From the NCBI GenBank assembly GCA_965644295.1, contig CBFFRP010000560.1, positions 1 through 13,917 of the forward strand: 13,917 bases of DNA, written 5' to 3'. The DNA is from Paraphysomonas bandaiensis (Eukaryota > Protista > Chrysophyceae). The translations under genes were made by a program, and so were the position numbers. Below the pieces are notes generated by a model. It had not been told where the DNA came from, did not search any database, and saw nothing but the letters and a program-made list of their open reading frames with translations. Below, piece after piece: positions 1 to 7,285 of this stretch; positions within the stretch are counted from its first letter, which is position 1, and every line of letters starts with the position of its first letter.

Positions 1-181
1 AAAGTATGAAGTACTTTAGAGGAGAAAAGGTATATTATAAGTTAAGGACAACTGATGTAAACATGTCAATGTGTGATGACAATGAATGGATATGCATGCA
101 TGTGACATACTATCCATTCATTCATAATACGTAGTGCGTATGTGATAGGAAAACTACGGAAGCGAAGTTTACACTTCAACT
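1..181 (-). repeat. 3' LTR (about 4 bp missing at the window edge)
   Basis: Exact direct repeat of 2563-2743 by base-by-base comparison. It begins AGTTGAAGT on the minus strand, immediately after the PPT. Confidence 0.92.
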
Positions 182-189
182 CTCCCCCT
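182..189 (-). other. Polypurine tract (PPT)
   Basis: Minus strand reads AGGGGGAG directly abutting the 3' LTR start. Confidence 0.85.
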
Positions 190-1046
190 AAAACTAAGCG
201 TACGTATGTAATGAACAACATGAAAACTAGGTACTAAGCTAGATACTGAAGAAAATAGAATGAACTGAAAACCCGAAAAGAAAACCATGATAGTATGATG
301 AATGCATGGGAAAACAAAAGGGAAAGTATCCAACAATAGAATATATATACCATAACTATAAGATATAGTGTGTGCAGAGGACCAGATGGGGCATACCATC
401 TACGAGTCATACACTCCCACTAATATAATATTATATAGGTAATGACATATATATATATAATATATGTATATATATGTATACTGATATTATGAACACAACG
501 GTCATCGTATCGTAGAACCACTATAGTTCTGAAGAAGTCAAACACAAACTTCAAAGCAAATCAATCCACGCTATAGCAAGACACGAAGTTCATACGCAGT
601 AGATGAAGGATTGAATCGAATATATTATGCTTTTAATATTGCCTGAAATGGTTAGACAAACAAAATATAGATAGAATAATATCATAGATACCATCATAAT
701 TTAATGCTCATATCATAAGTATGATACATCAGAATATAAGGTAGATAATTTGCATAACAGGTGAATCTTAATGATTATAATCAATATAGTATTGTATACC
801 TGTCACCTTGAAATGCTTGAAAATCATGAACAGCTGATGAAAATGTTTTCTGTTGAATGTCTACATGACAACAATGAAAGAACAGATGAAACATATTAAA
901 TCACTGGACTATAGGACCAGGTAAATACAAACGCTGAACTGATAATTGCATATTATATCGCATGAAAGTGCGCAATGCAGATTAAGATAATCAGTGCCTC
1001 TATAATAGTAGGGCAGCAGAGTTAAAACTCTGATTGTGAGGCTGTT

Positions 1047-1457
1047 CTACCTGTGGAACAAAACCAGCACTATTCCATACTTGTGGAAATAAAAGATATA
1101 TATATGCCTGCCTTGTAATGATAAGGGGCTAAAATATGATATGCCTGCCATAAATAGGGGGCAATAAACTGATACTCTTTCCTGGGGCTGTTGCGATGAT
1201 GTTCCCGTCGTATTGAAGGAACGACCTTCAGTCTGAGGGGTCATATCGAAAGCCGGCTGTAACGCGATTTCTGAGGTAGCTGGCTCGTTGGCTGCTCCAA
1301 CAGATTTCTCGTCATGCACAATAACATCGGGTTCGGAACTAAGTTTAGAGGGGTCATTCCCGTCGGTATCATCCTCGTGGTTAAGTTCATCGTCGGATTT
1401 ATCATAAATCCGCTCCCGTGCTTGGAAAGGTAAAAGAATGCTGAATGAATTGAACAT
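1047..1457 (-). CDS. Possible acidic, disordered ORF or captured exon inside the LTR element
   Basis: 136-aa ORF with a D/E/S/T/P-rich core (DKSDDELNHEDDTDGNDPSKLSSEP...) in the element's sense orientation. No family recognised. Confidence 0.25.
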   Translation of the reverse strand: MFNSFSILLPFQARERIYDKSDDELNHEDDTDGNDPSKLSSEPDVIVHDEKSVGAANEPATSEIALQPAFDMTPQTEGRSFNTTGTSSQQPQERVSVYCPLFMAGISYFSPLSLQGRHIYIFYFHKYGIVLVLFHR

Positions 1458-2227
1458 CCGTAGTAGCTAGAACCATATAACTATACATGTCCTGAGATAT
1501 CACAATATTGGGAGGGGATACTGCTCTCAACCATAATATATACTGGACGGAAGAGATCAGCACTCAATAATTCATCAGATAGATAAATAGAAAGACATAA
1601 GTCCTGATTGAAGTGCTCTACTGTAAGCCGATATACATGATACGCCAAACAGAGCAACAACAAATGGTGTATAACCATTATATCTGATACATCACCAGAG
1701 AAAGAAGCAGACGAAGATAATGATCCATATAATATATATATGCTGCTGATGAACAGAGCAACATCCTCTGGGAACACATATTGGAATACAAGCTGGTGCA
1801 TAGTGAAACCCTTGTGGATAAGATAAAGCAATCACCATCGTCGAACTCTTGATAAATAACTACTCTCGTTGAATAAAGAGAAGAGAATCCATGCTCTCAA
1901 ACACAACTGCTGTGCGAGACTGACATATAGCTCATATGTGATCTCTTTCTGCAGGGTTGACTCCCTGAGAAGACAATATATACGAGTCAAGGAAAGAATA
2001 TTCACAGCCATCAACGTGAAGTCTAACCACTCCTGGTGTATCACCGGACAAAGCGTCTCAAGGTGTCAAAATCAGCACACATGGTGGAGACAAGTCATCA
2101 AAATCAGACTGGCTGGAATGGACATGTGCATTAGTGTATACACTGTCATCTCCTTAATTTCATATATAACACACTGCAGGAGCTCACACAAGGAACAGAC
2201 AGACTGTCGATTTGTTTTCAGTGCCCA

Positions 2228-2405
2228 AAAAAAAAATGCATATTCTCCGGAAATATTCTCTTAAAAAATAACGATTTTCCGAGTTTTAACAAAAAAGTAC
2301 ATATTTTCCGGAAATTGATTCCAAAACCCACGGATTTTCGAGTTTGAACAAAAAGGTACATATTTTCCCGAAATTGATTCCAAAACCCCCGGATTTTCGA
2401 GTTTT
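2228..2405. repeat. About 3 tandem copies of a ~59-bp unit in the retroelement 5' leader
   Basis: AACAAAAA(A/G)GTACATATTTTCC(G/C)GAAATTGATTCCAAAACCC(A/C)CGGATTTTCGAGTTT starts at 2288 and 2347. A more diverged copy starts near 2229. Confidence 0.9.
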
Positions 2406-2548
2406 CGAGAAACAGCAGAGTTCAAAGGAAGCACATCGTGTATTTCGTCTGTGTACAGATGACAGGCTTGTTTCATATGTTGATGCCGTCATTCCACCAG
2501 TGATGTGGAGGCGAACAAACAAGTAAATAAGGTTGGTTATCGTAACCA

Positions 2549-2558
2549 TCTGCTACCA
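2549..2558 (-). other. Primer-binding site complementary to the initiator tRNA-Met 3' end
   Basis: Minus strand TGGTAGCAGA (plus TCTGCTACCA, the conserved 3' end of many eukaryotic tRNA-iMet) directly abuts the LTR. Adjacent ATCGTAACCA resembles the iMet T-arm ATCGAAACC. Confidence 0.85.
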
Positions 2559-2743
2559 AGTTAAAGTATGAAGTACTTTAGAGGAGAAAAGGTATATTAT
2601 AAGTTAAGGACAACTGATGTAAACATGTCAATGTGTGATGACAATGAATGGATATGCATGCATGTGACATACTATCCATTCATTCATAATACGTAGTGCG
2701 TATGTGATAGGAAAACTACGGAAGCGAAGTTTACACTTCAACT
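2559..2743 (-). repeat. 5' LTR, 185 bp, AGTT...AACT termini
   Basis: Identical to 1-181 over the visible overlap. Terminal inverted repeat AGTTAAAGTATGAA vs AGTTGAAGTGTAAA (11/14). Bounded by the PBS. Confidence 0.88.
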
Positions 2744-2848
2744 AAAATGTATTATCCTTTTCTAGGTGAAGAAGTACCGAATACAGATGTTAATATTGGC
2801 GAAACTACATATTATAGTATAATGTGTATTATTAGGGCAATAAATTAA
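2744..2848 (+). pseudogene. C-terminal remnant of a penton/minor-capsid-like gene interrupted by the LTR element
   Basis: The frame opening at the LTR boundary reads KMYYPFLGEEVPNTDVNIGETTYYSIMCIIRAIN*. It aligns by eye with the C-terminus of the next ORF (RLYAPDL...DTTYWCVSLLF). Confidence 0.6.
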
Positions 2849-2877
2849 TTTTATTTTCTATAATAATTATATATATA

Positions 2878-3354
2878 ATGGAAAATATGCACAGTTTTAC
2901 TTATACTATCTCTTCAGCTAATGCAACTTCAGGTAATGCCGAAGATTGCTATATAGATTTACGACCTTTACCATATAATTATGAGTATTATAATGTGCAA
3001 TGCACCGGCTTTATTATGAATTGTCAAAGCATGGACCAGGTAACAATGCCGAATTATGTGATATTAGTAGCAGATGATATGGCAGAAAACGGTTATTTTC
3101 AGGGTCTAGATTCTAATCAGTGTATAATATCTTATTTATTAACACATCAGACTGTATCACAAATGACTAGCGGCGAAGGTAGCATATTTAGGGTTAAAAA
3201 TATGCGACAACAAAGAAGGATAAGATTTAGGTTATATGCACCTGATTTAACACCATTAAGTGGCGTTGTAGATGATTCCGATACTACATATTGGTGTGTA
3301 TCACTGTTGTTTAGTCCGGTTATTACTGAACCGGCAACATTAGAGTTGAACTAA
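2878..3354 (+). CDS. Short single-jelly-roll, minor-capsid (penton)-like protein, 158 aa
   Basis: Beta-strand pattern. N-terminal TISSANA...DCYIDL parallels VLNSKTA...DCIFIL of the 245-aa penton. C-terminal RFRLY...YWCVSLLF parallels HVQLL...HWSLNLLL. Viral-type start context tatatataATG. Confidence 0.6.
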   Translation: MENMHSFTYTISSANATSGNAEDCYIDLRPLPYNYEYYNVQCTGFIMNCQSMDQVTMPNYVILVADDMAENGYFQGLDSNQCIISYLLTHQTVSQMTSGEGSIFRVKNMRQQRRIRFRLYAPDLTPLSGVVDDSDTTYWCVSLLFSPVITEPATLELN

Positions 3355-4437
3355 ATCTATATGGGTTTTCCAAAATATAGAACCTGAACCCACAGTTTGG
3401 AAATCGTTATATGTATGAATTTCAAAAGTCCAATTATCAGCAACATCATTTATAGTAAATATTAATGGTGCTAGAGTACAACCAACACAGCTAACACTTC
3501 CCCTATTCGCGTCCCATATACCAGGACCATAAAGGGTAGCTCTATCCAGTGTACCATTTTGCTTTACTAACACACGCGCTCTAATATCTGTCCATGATTT
3601 AATACCCATAATTTCAAATGAAACCTGTAACATATAACGCCCTGTATATTGAATATAACCGTTTACGTCAATCATATTTGAATCACCACCTGTAGGTGTT
3701 GTACTTAGCTCTGATGATGTCATATAATGACCGCCAGAGCTTGTTTGATAAGTGGTATTATATGCCATGGATGAAAAAAATGTTACTGGGCCGTCTATTT
3801 CTTCCCAGTAACATTGCTTTTTACTGGTCAGTGTGTCTAAGTTTGTCCTATCTGATGATGTAAAAGCTGTGGTTTGTATAGTGGTGTCTGGGAATTCTAT
3901 TTTTTGATAACAATTAAAGTGATCACAACGTATTTCATCTATTGCACCACCTGATACAGCTTTTAAAATTGTGTTGGTAGGATATGACCACTCATTAGCA
4001 TTGCGGCTTATATCGTCTAACAATGTACTGTAATCACTGCTAAACGCTGTAGCTTGTTCTGTATTATCTGGGAATTCTATCACGCCGTTCGTACCTCTAA
4101 TATCTAATCTACAATTGGTACCTAATAATCTTAACTCTGCGCCTGTACCTGTTATATTATATAAGCCATAATTTTTATTCATTAAAAAGTCACTCGTTAT
4201 GGTTAAATCATCATAACCACCACCAAGATATGATAAGGGTATTAATGTATGTTGTATGTTGGATATATCAACAGTATTATTATATATATCAGTCTGCATA
4301 TCAGTAATATCATTGGTATTAATCAATATATCAGCCGCGTTGTCATTTATAGCATTGGCATTTACACTTATATCAGATTGACACACACAGAGAGAGGGGG
4401 GGGGGTCTTCGACCCTAGCCGTGTTAACCGTGACCAT
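3340..4437 (-). CDS. Fibre/receptor-binding-like protein; N-terminus uncertain or truncated near 4380
   Basis: N-x-x-DI heptads (NANAIND NAADILI NTNDITD MQTDIYN NTVDISN), two IEFPDxTxQxTAF shaft repeats 180 nt apart (4080-4042, 3900-3862), and a beta-rich C-terminal head with TGRYMLQVSF. First ATG is at 4437. The 3' end overlaps the convergent 158-aa gene by 15 nt. Confidence 0.7.
   Translation of the reverse strand: MVTVNTARVEDPPPSLCVCQSDISVNANAINDNAADILINTNDITDMQTDIYNNTVDISNIQHTLIPLSYLGGGYDDLTITSDFLMNKNYGLYNITGTGAELRLLGTNCRLDIRGTNGVIEFPDNTEQATAFSSDYSTLLDDISRNANEWSYPTNTILKAVSGGAIDEIRCDHFNCYQKIEFPDTTIQTTAFTSSDRTNLDTLTSKKQCYWEEIDGPVTFFSSMAYNTTYQTSSGGHYMTSSELSTTPTGGDSNMIDVNGYIQYTGRYMLQVSFEIMGIKSWTDIRARVLVKQNGTLDRATLYGPGIWDANRGSVSCVGCTLAPLIFTINDVADNWTFEIHTYNDFQTVGSGSIFWKTHIDLVQL
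4381..4405 (+). repeat. Compound microsatellite (AC)4(AG)4(G)9; candidate element terminus or slippage tract
   Basis: ACACACACAGAGAGAGGGGGGGGGG lies exactly where the fibre heptad pattern stops. Confidence 0.8.
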
Positions 4438-4740
4438 AAAAACTATTAATTTATACTGACCCTTACCCCTATGGTATCGCTGTGTATCACGTACAAGTGC
4501 TTCCAATATTATACATTACATTTTTTTATACACTTTTTTACATAAAAAATGTCGTGTCACCTTTCACAATAAAAAATGCAAAAAAAATCTTATTTTCACA
4601 AATTTTGCAACAGTATACACTACATTTTTTACAACATTTTTCTTTAAAAAAAACTTTTTTCTAAAAAATAAATATCAGAAATAAATATTTTCAACAAAAA
4701 TGTCAAAAAAAATGCAATCAAAATAAAATAATACTATACA

Positions 4741-4817
4741 TATTAACCCCAGCGATCAACCGACCCTATCAACCAAACGATCAACCGACCCTATTAACCA
4801 AACGATATACCAACCCT
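4741..4817. repeat. About 3 tandem 25-bp repeats (iteron-like)
   Basis: CGATCAACCGACCCTAT(C/T)AACCAAA at 4753 and 4778, a diverged copy at 4803 and a partial copy at 4741. Confidence 0.9.
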
Positions 4818-4910
4818 GACTTAAACACCGAACAATTACAACAGATAGACGGAACAACAGACCTGTTTAACACTATATATAGACATGCCGTATTTCACTC
4901 CCTATTTTAT

Positions 4911-4959
4911 ATATGTAAGAATATAAAACAATTAAAAAAAAATATATAGTTATATTATA
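4911..4959 (+). promoter_or_regulatory. Duplicated upstream element, copy 1 (putative viral promoter)
   Basis: ATATGTAAGAATATAAAACAATTAAAAAAAAATATATAGTTATATTATA directly before ATG 4960. Near-identical to 5809-5859. Confidence 0.7.
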
Positions 4960-5391
4960 ATGTCAAAAGAATTAAAATATTTTCATTGTTGTAGTAATGT
5001 TGATTCCGAGCGTAACGGTAAGTACTACTACAAACATAAAAAGTACATTCATAATGATCCATTTGACTGTCTAAAACATAAGTTAAATAGGCCAGCTGAT
5101 GAAGTCAATGATATAATAAGCAAACGGTTTGAAAAGGGTTTTTTAAGTAGCAATTTTTTTACTTTTAGACCAGCAAACAATACACCTGAATGTTACGATT
5201 GGCATGAAAAATTTATTATTAAATCAGGTTTAAGAGAAAACGAAGGTGATGATGTTCAAGATGAATTTTATCTTAAAAATAAGTTTTGGGAATCAGTTGT
5301 TTATATCATTGAAAATGACGGCGATAAAGAGAAAATGGAAACGGATAAGTGGGTATATTCAATGAATGCTATTGATAAACTAACGTTTTAA
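4960..5391 (+). CDS. Viral hypothetical protein, 143 aa
   Basis: Clean ORF with AT-rich codon usage, preceded by the duplicated promoter-like element. Confidence 0.75.
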   Translation: MSKELKYFHCCSNVDSERNGKYYYKHKKYIHNDPFDCLKHKLNRPADEVNDIISKRFEKGFLSSNFFTFRPANNTPECYDWHEKFIIKSGLRENEGDDVQDEFYLKNKFWESVVYIIENDGDKEKMETDKWVYSMNAIDKLTF

Positions 5392-5430
5392 AAACATTAT
5401 AGAATTATTTTTTTGTAATGATACATTATA

Positions 5431-5760
5431 ATGTCAAAGGCCGAAAGTAATAAATTTTTTTTTATGGAAATGGAAGGTAAAATTTTTAGTGTTAAACGTG
5501 ATCACAAAACAAACGTACAGAACGAAATAGAACAAGGCAAAAAGGAAATGAACATTTTAATAGATAAACAGAATAGCATAAAAGAAGAATTATTAAAACT
5601 TAACAATAAAATAAGTGATAAAAAAATGTCTTTGTTAACAAAGAGGCAGCTATTAGAATTATACCGCGGCAAGAGACGCATACCGTGCTTGAATTTATTC
5701 AAAAAAAATGTTACCGATGTTTATATTGATGATGACACAGACAGCGACGAGGACTGTTAA
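5431..5760 (+). CDS. Small coiled-coil protein with acidic tail, 109 aa (paralog of 5860-6144)
   Basis: Heptad pattern. MEGKIFSVKRDH..VQNEI and LLTKRQLL match the next ORF. Start context attataATG. Confidence 0.78.
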   Translation: MSKAESNKFFFMEMEGKIFSVKRDHKTNVQNEIEQGKKEMNILIDKQNSIKEELLKLNNKISDKKMSLLTKRQLLELYRGKRRIPCLNLFKKNVTDVYIDDDTDSDEDC

Positions 5761-5808
5761 CAGCAATGAAACATTGACCATTAAATTATAATTTATTTCA
5801 ATTATTAC

Positions 5809-5859
5809 ATATGTAAAAATATAAAATAATTAAAAAAAAATATATAGTTATATATTATA
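5809..5859 (+). promoter_or_regulatory. Duplicated upstream element, copy 2
   Basis: Differs from 4911-4959 by 2 substitutions and a 2-nt insertion. Ends at ATG 5860. Confidence 0.7.
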
Positions 5860-6144
5860 ATGAGTGAGTATTTATTAAAGTTGAAAGGTGAAGTATACAG
5901 TATTAGAAAAACGCATATGCCTAAAATTCAGGAAGAGATAAGGAATTTAGACAGAGAAATAGAAGACATGAAAATTACATTATCAGAACTTCAGAAACAA
6001 AAGAAAGAGTTACAAGTAGAGCTATTAAATGAACGGCAATTAATCATATATGAAAATAAAGACGAAGATAAAAGGACTGAATTATTAAGAAAATATGATT
6101 TTCTACACGGTGAATATCGCAGTGATTCTGTAGGATGGAAATAA
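5860..6144 (+). CDS. Small coiled-coil protein, 94 aa (paralog of 5431-5760)
   Basis: LKGEVYSIRKTH..IQEEI and LLNERQLI motifs, with a heptad pattern. Confidence 0.78.
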   Translation: MSEYLLKLKGEVYSIRKTHMPKIQEEIRNLDREIEDMKITLSELQKQKKELQVELLNERQLIIYENKDEDKRTELLRKYDFLHGEYRSDSVGWK

Positions 6145-6320
6145 GGGATAAAAATCCCTAAATTTTCGGGGAAATTATCCCTTAGATATAAAATATCGCA
6201 GTGATTCTGTAGGATGGAAATAAAATATTATAAAAAAATGCAATTGATAAACTGATAAGGTAAATTAAGGGATAAAAACGCGATAATTGTTCGCGAAATT
6301 ATCCCTTAGATGTAAAATAT
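6113..6320. repeat. Interleaved repeats: exact 32-bp direct repeat (6113-6144, 6192-6223) and two 43-nt hairpins (6142-6184, 6266-6308)
   Basis: AATATCGCAGTGATTCTGTAGGATGGAAATAA occurs twice. TAAGGGATAA-N23-TTATCCCTTA occurs twice, each followed by GATRTAAAATAT. Confidence 0.92.
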
Positions 6321-6348
6321 ATAAATATATTATGTGATATACTTATAT

Positions 6349-6564
6349 ATGGACGGCCTAGAATGGGAAATAAACTATGATAATTATGAATTTCCAAAGA
6401 AAAATATTATAGACTTAGACAAAGTAATTAACTTAGACACACCAAAATTAAACAGAAATAATAATATAGATACAGACATGTTGACTTATGATTTTGCAGA
6501 AATAAAAATATCTAATAATGTTAATGGAGAAAATACAGATTGTTCTAAACAGCAAGACAGCTAA
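6349..6564 (+). CDS. Small acidic/Asn-rich viral hypothetical protein, 71 aa
   Basis: ATG at 6349 in tatatATG context (MDGLEWEINYD...). Overlaps the start of the penton gene. Confidence 0.5.
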   Translation: MDGLEWEINYDNYEFPKKNIIDLDKVINLDTPKLNRNNNIDTDMLTYDFAEIKISNNVNGENTDCSKQQDS

Positions 6565-7255
6565 TCAATACCTAAATAATAAAACTACTGATTGTATTTT
6601 TATATTACCAAAGATAGATGTTAAACGACGTCATAAAGCCTATATATCAGTAATTGATGCCTCTATCCCATACTCTTTTTATAATGTTAATTCAACTAAT
6701 AACACACTAAATTATACCTTAAATAGTATTCCATATTCACTTACAATTACAAAAGCCAATTATAATATTAGAACTTTAATAAGTTTTTTACAGTCCAATT
6801 TAGAGCCAGGATTTACAATAACTTATAACTCATCAACTAATAAATTACAATTTACCCATAGTACTTATGATTTTTCTTTTTCAAATACTTCAACCTGTTT
6901 TGAATTATTAGGATTTGAAGATAATACAACCTATTATTCAGATTCATTAATATTATTATCAACAATTGGTATAAATTTATTTACAGTAAGAAACGTTTTA
7001 ATAGCATCGTCAAATTTTGTTTTAAATAATATAAATAGTGCCACACCTAATAAAGCCTCTATTATTACCTCTGTCCCTGTTGATGTTAATGCAGGATCCA
7101 TTATTAATTATAAAAACATTAATAATATTAAGAGCTTAGTACATGATATACATAATATAAATACTTTACATGTCCAATTATTAGACCAAGACGCAGATAT
7201 ATTAGAATTAAACGGTTTACATTGGTCTTTAAATTTATTATTAACTATTGAATAA
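6518..7255 (+). CDS. Minor capsid protein (penton), PLV type; start may be ATG 6524
   Basis: Typical PLV/Polinton penton pattern: I.LNS..A, ASIPYSFYNVNSTNN, NYN..TL...L, LLGF, IITSVPV, INY.N, LLDQD...LELNG.HWSL.L. Lies two genes upstream of the MCP. Confidence 0.82.
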   Translation: MLMEKIQIVLNSKTANQYLNNKTTDCIFILPKIDVKRRHKAYISVIDASIPYSFYNVNSTNNTLNYTLNSIPYSLTITKANYNIRTLISFLQSNLEPGFTITYNSSTNKLQFTHSTYDFSFSNTSTCFELLGFEDNTTYYSDSLILLSTIGINLFTVRNVLIASSNFVLNNINSATPNKASIITSVPVDVNAGSIINYKNINNIKSLVHDIHNINTLHVQLLDQDADILELNGLHWSLNLLLTIE

Positions 7256-7285
7256 AAAATATTTCTCTCAATATAGTATATATAC

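Larger units (their letters stand above)
1..2743 (-). mobile_element. Non-autonomous LTR retrotransposon (TRIM/LARD-like), ~2.75 kb; last few bases run off the window start
   Basis: 1-181 is identical to 2563-2743. On the minus strand a tRNA-iMet-type PBS directly follows the right-hand LTR and a polypurine tract directly precedes the left-hand LTR. No recognisable gag/pol ORF in between. Confidence 0.88.

Noticed and set aside
446-480. (TA)n-rich stretch
   Set aside because: Ordinary microsatellite with no supporting structure.
2483-2499. Alternative PBS (plus-strand GATGCCGTCATTCCACCA, loosely tRNA-Ala-like)
   Set aside because: About 60 nt away from the LTR end defined by the terminal inverted repeat. 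The iMet match abutting the LTR is better.
169-2549. Other short ORFs inside the left LTR element (both strands)
   Set aside because: No recognisable motifs. Several merely translate the 59-bp tandem repeat or the LTR.
4438-4506. Listed TTG start and first 23 aa of the 388-aa fibre ORF
   Set aside because: Non-ATG start in a eukaryotic context, lying in the TIR-like non-coding region.
6113-6223. 32-bp repeats with a 47-bp spacer as a mini CRISPR array
   Set aside because: Only two repeats, the spacer is itself a repeated hairpin, there are no cas genes, and the context is eukaryotic viral.
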